A stretch of 35,743 nucleotides of DNA from Asterionella formosa (Eukaryota). Where the stretch lies: positions 1 through 35,743 of the forward strand of contig NKIB01000034.1 in the NCBI GenBank assembly GCA_002256025.1, written 5' to 3'. Positions 34,200-35,743 of the stretch are shown one piece after another (position 1 is the first letter of the stretch; every line of letters starts with the position of its first letter). A program made the position numbers and the translations under genes. The notes beneath the pieces were generated by a model, which was not told where the DNA came from, made no database searches, and worked only from the letters and a program-made list of their open reading frames with translations.

Positions 34200-35743
34200 C
34201 CACTTAGCTAAAAACTGTAAGCCACCGCTATTTTACTCTATCTTTCGACTAAAAATATTTATGTAATTCAACGATCAAAACTTGACGCTAGTACAAAGCT
34301 TATGTTAGACAATGCTCTCTGCTATACTATTAAGGAATCAGTTTTGATCCAGTGTATCTAGCATGAAGAAATAATATTGCATAGCGGTGGCTTACAGTGC
34401 ATATTTTTCTATCTGTACATGCATATATTTTCCCCCCACACCGAGTTTATTTTTATTCCGTTAATACTACAAAAATTATTTTCTTATTACTTTACGTTTT
34501 ACACTTTTGCAGGGCAGCATCATCGTTGGAGAATTCTTCTGGTGCATAACATTAATATCGAGCTTCTATGCATCTAATTACTTGCTTGCGGAGTCTCAAA
34601 CTTCATCACGGAATGGTGGATCCTCGGCAGTAGCAGTTGTAGAAGGAGAGGGAATAGCAACAGGAGGAGGTGCAGTAACAACAACCACAGCAATAGGAGG
34701 CGCATGTAGAGGGAATGGCGGCTGCTGGTCACCACGGTGATTGGTGTCGTCGAATCTTGTAATCAGAGCTTGCCTTGTTTGTGGAACCGGCAAATCACCT
34801 GATCGTTTGTACCAACGCACCATTAATTTCAATTCTGGCACAGACATCTGTTCTTTTGTTTTGTTTTGTTCTGTTCTGTTCTGTTCTATTCCTTCAATGT
34901 AAGTGTTTTTCCGCGAAGTGTATTGAATTCTTGTTGCCTTTTTGTTTCATTTGTACTAATGACAATGTCTGAAATTCGCTTCCGTTCCAGTGTAGCAGCA
35001 AGAATATTTGGCCCAAGGGTAAAGGTTTGTGCTTAGGCCAGAAGTCCTGCTGTTATCCTCTTCTTGTGTCCCTCAATGTGTGAATCCGCTGTCTCCCTTC
35101 TCTGTCTACTAGCTTGGGCGGCGTCCCGGTCGATTCCATTTCGCACATCCTTGCATTTGCAAAACTTGTTAATTCTTCCAACAATTGTTCCAGAAAAGCC
35201 AGTTTGGAGGTTTAACTCATCAGGAGGGAGAGTGGCAGTCTCTGTGGGCGCATTGATGTTCTGTTGTGTCGTGGTTGGGTTACTAGTTGAATCTCAGGGT
35301 GAAGCAAGACATTATAGTTCAGGGGATACCATCCTTGTTCATAAATTGCTTTCTTGTTTGGTGTGGCAGAATTTGCAGGTATTCCATTCCTTTCCTTGGC
35401 AGCATCAATGATCAAAGAAATTGTTCCTTTGGAGGTACGTTTGTTGTTATTTTTGCTGTCTAGCATTTTATTCATGTACTCATCTGTTGCTTCAATCAAT
35501 GCATTTTGCATCTGGGGTTTGTTGCTAATGGTGGTAGCAATGGTGGCACCTTTGGGCCATCCACCAACAGTTGTATAGTTGTACTACTCATGTCCTCCTT
35601 GTTTGTTTTCGTTGTTTTTGTATTTGCCTCCAAACTTCCCCAGGTAAGCACACCATTGTTTCCAGTATCATATGCCAAAGTGCCCATCATTGTAAACTGA
35701 CTATCATAATGCTCACTCACACCTTCATTGTTGTCATCTTCTT
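34200..35743 (-). mobile_element. Decayed, internally deleted DNA transposon (probably pogo-like transposase relic), copy B, runs off the window
   Basis: Terminus TA|CCACTTAGCTAAAAACTGTAAGCCACCGCTA at 34200. Perfect 18-bp inverted repeat at 34214-34231/34381-34398. Peptide fragments (GWPKGATI, ELNLQTGFSGTIV, MSVPELKLMVRWYKRSGDLPVP) are homologous to copy A. Confidence 0.6.
34848..34891 (+). repeat. Pentanucleotide microsatellite (TGTTY)n
   Basis: Tandem TGTTT/TGTTC units inside the transposase relic. Confidence 0.75.

Overview
Eukaryotic genomic DNA, most consistent with a diatom (short 69-112 bp GT-AG introns, compact genes, diatom-type PAS and PDZ proteins). Seven intact protein-coding genes are separated by AT-rich tracts of decayed transposons. 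The genes are: a two-exon multi-pass membrane protein fused to a divergent lipoxygenase domain (4839-7815 +); a signal-peptide/PST-rich single-pass protein with a C-terminal PDZ (12336-14143 +); an organellar PPR protein (14232-17036 -); a RING/zinc-finger-TPR-J-domain fusion (17723-19714 -); two divergently transcribed disordered PAS proteins (21383-24589 - and 28485-29780 +); and a three-exon NIPA-like transporter (30557-32019 +). Repeats include a Tc2/pogo-type MITE, two related internally deleted transposon relics, IS630/Tc1 and DD39D-mariner transposase pseudogenes, a putative tRNA-derived SINE family (two full copies plus one related head), and recurrent palindromic GGTACC tracts at gene/transposon boundaries. 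The most notable candidates are the membrane-embedded lipoxygenase, the SINE family, the head-to-head PAS pair and the RING-TPR-DnaJ fusion. All assignments were made by eye, without database searches.
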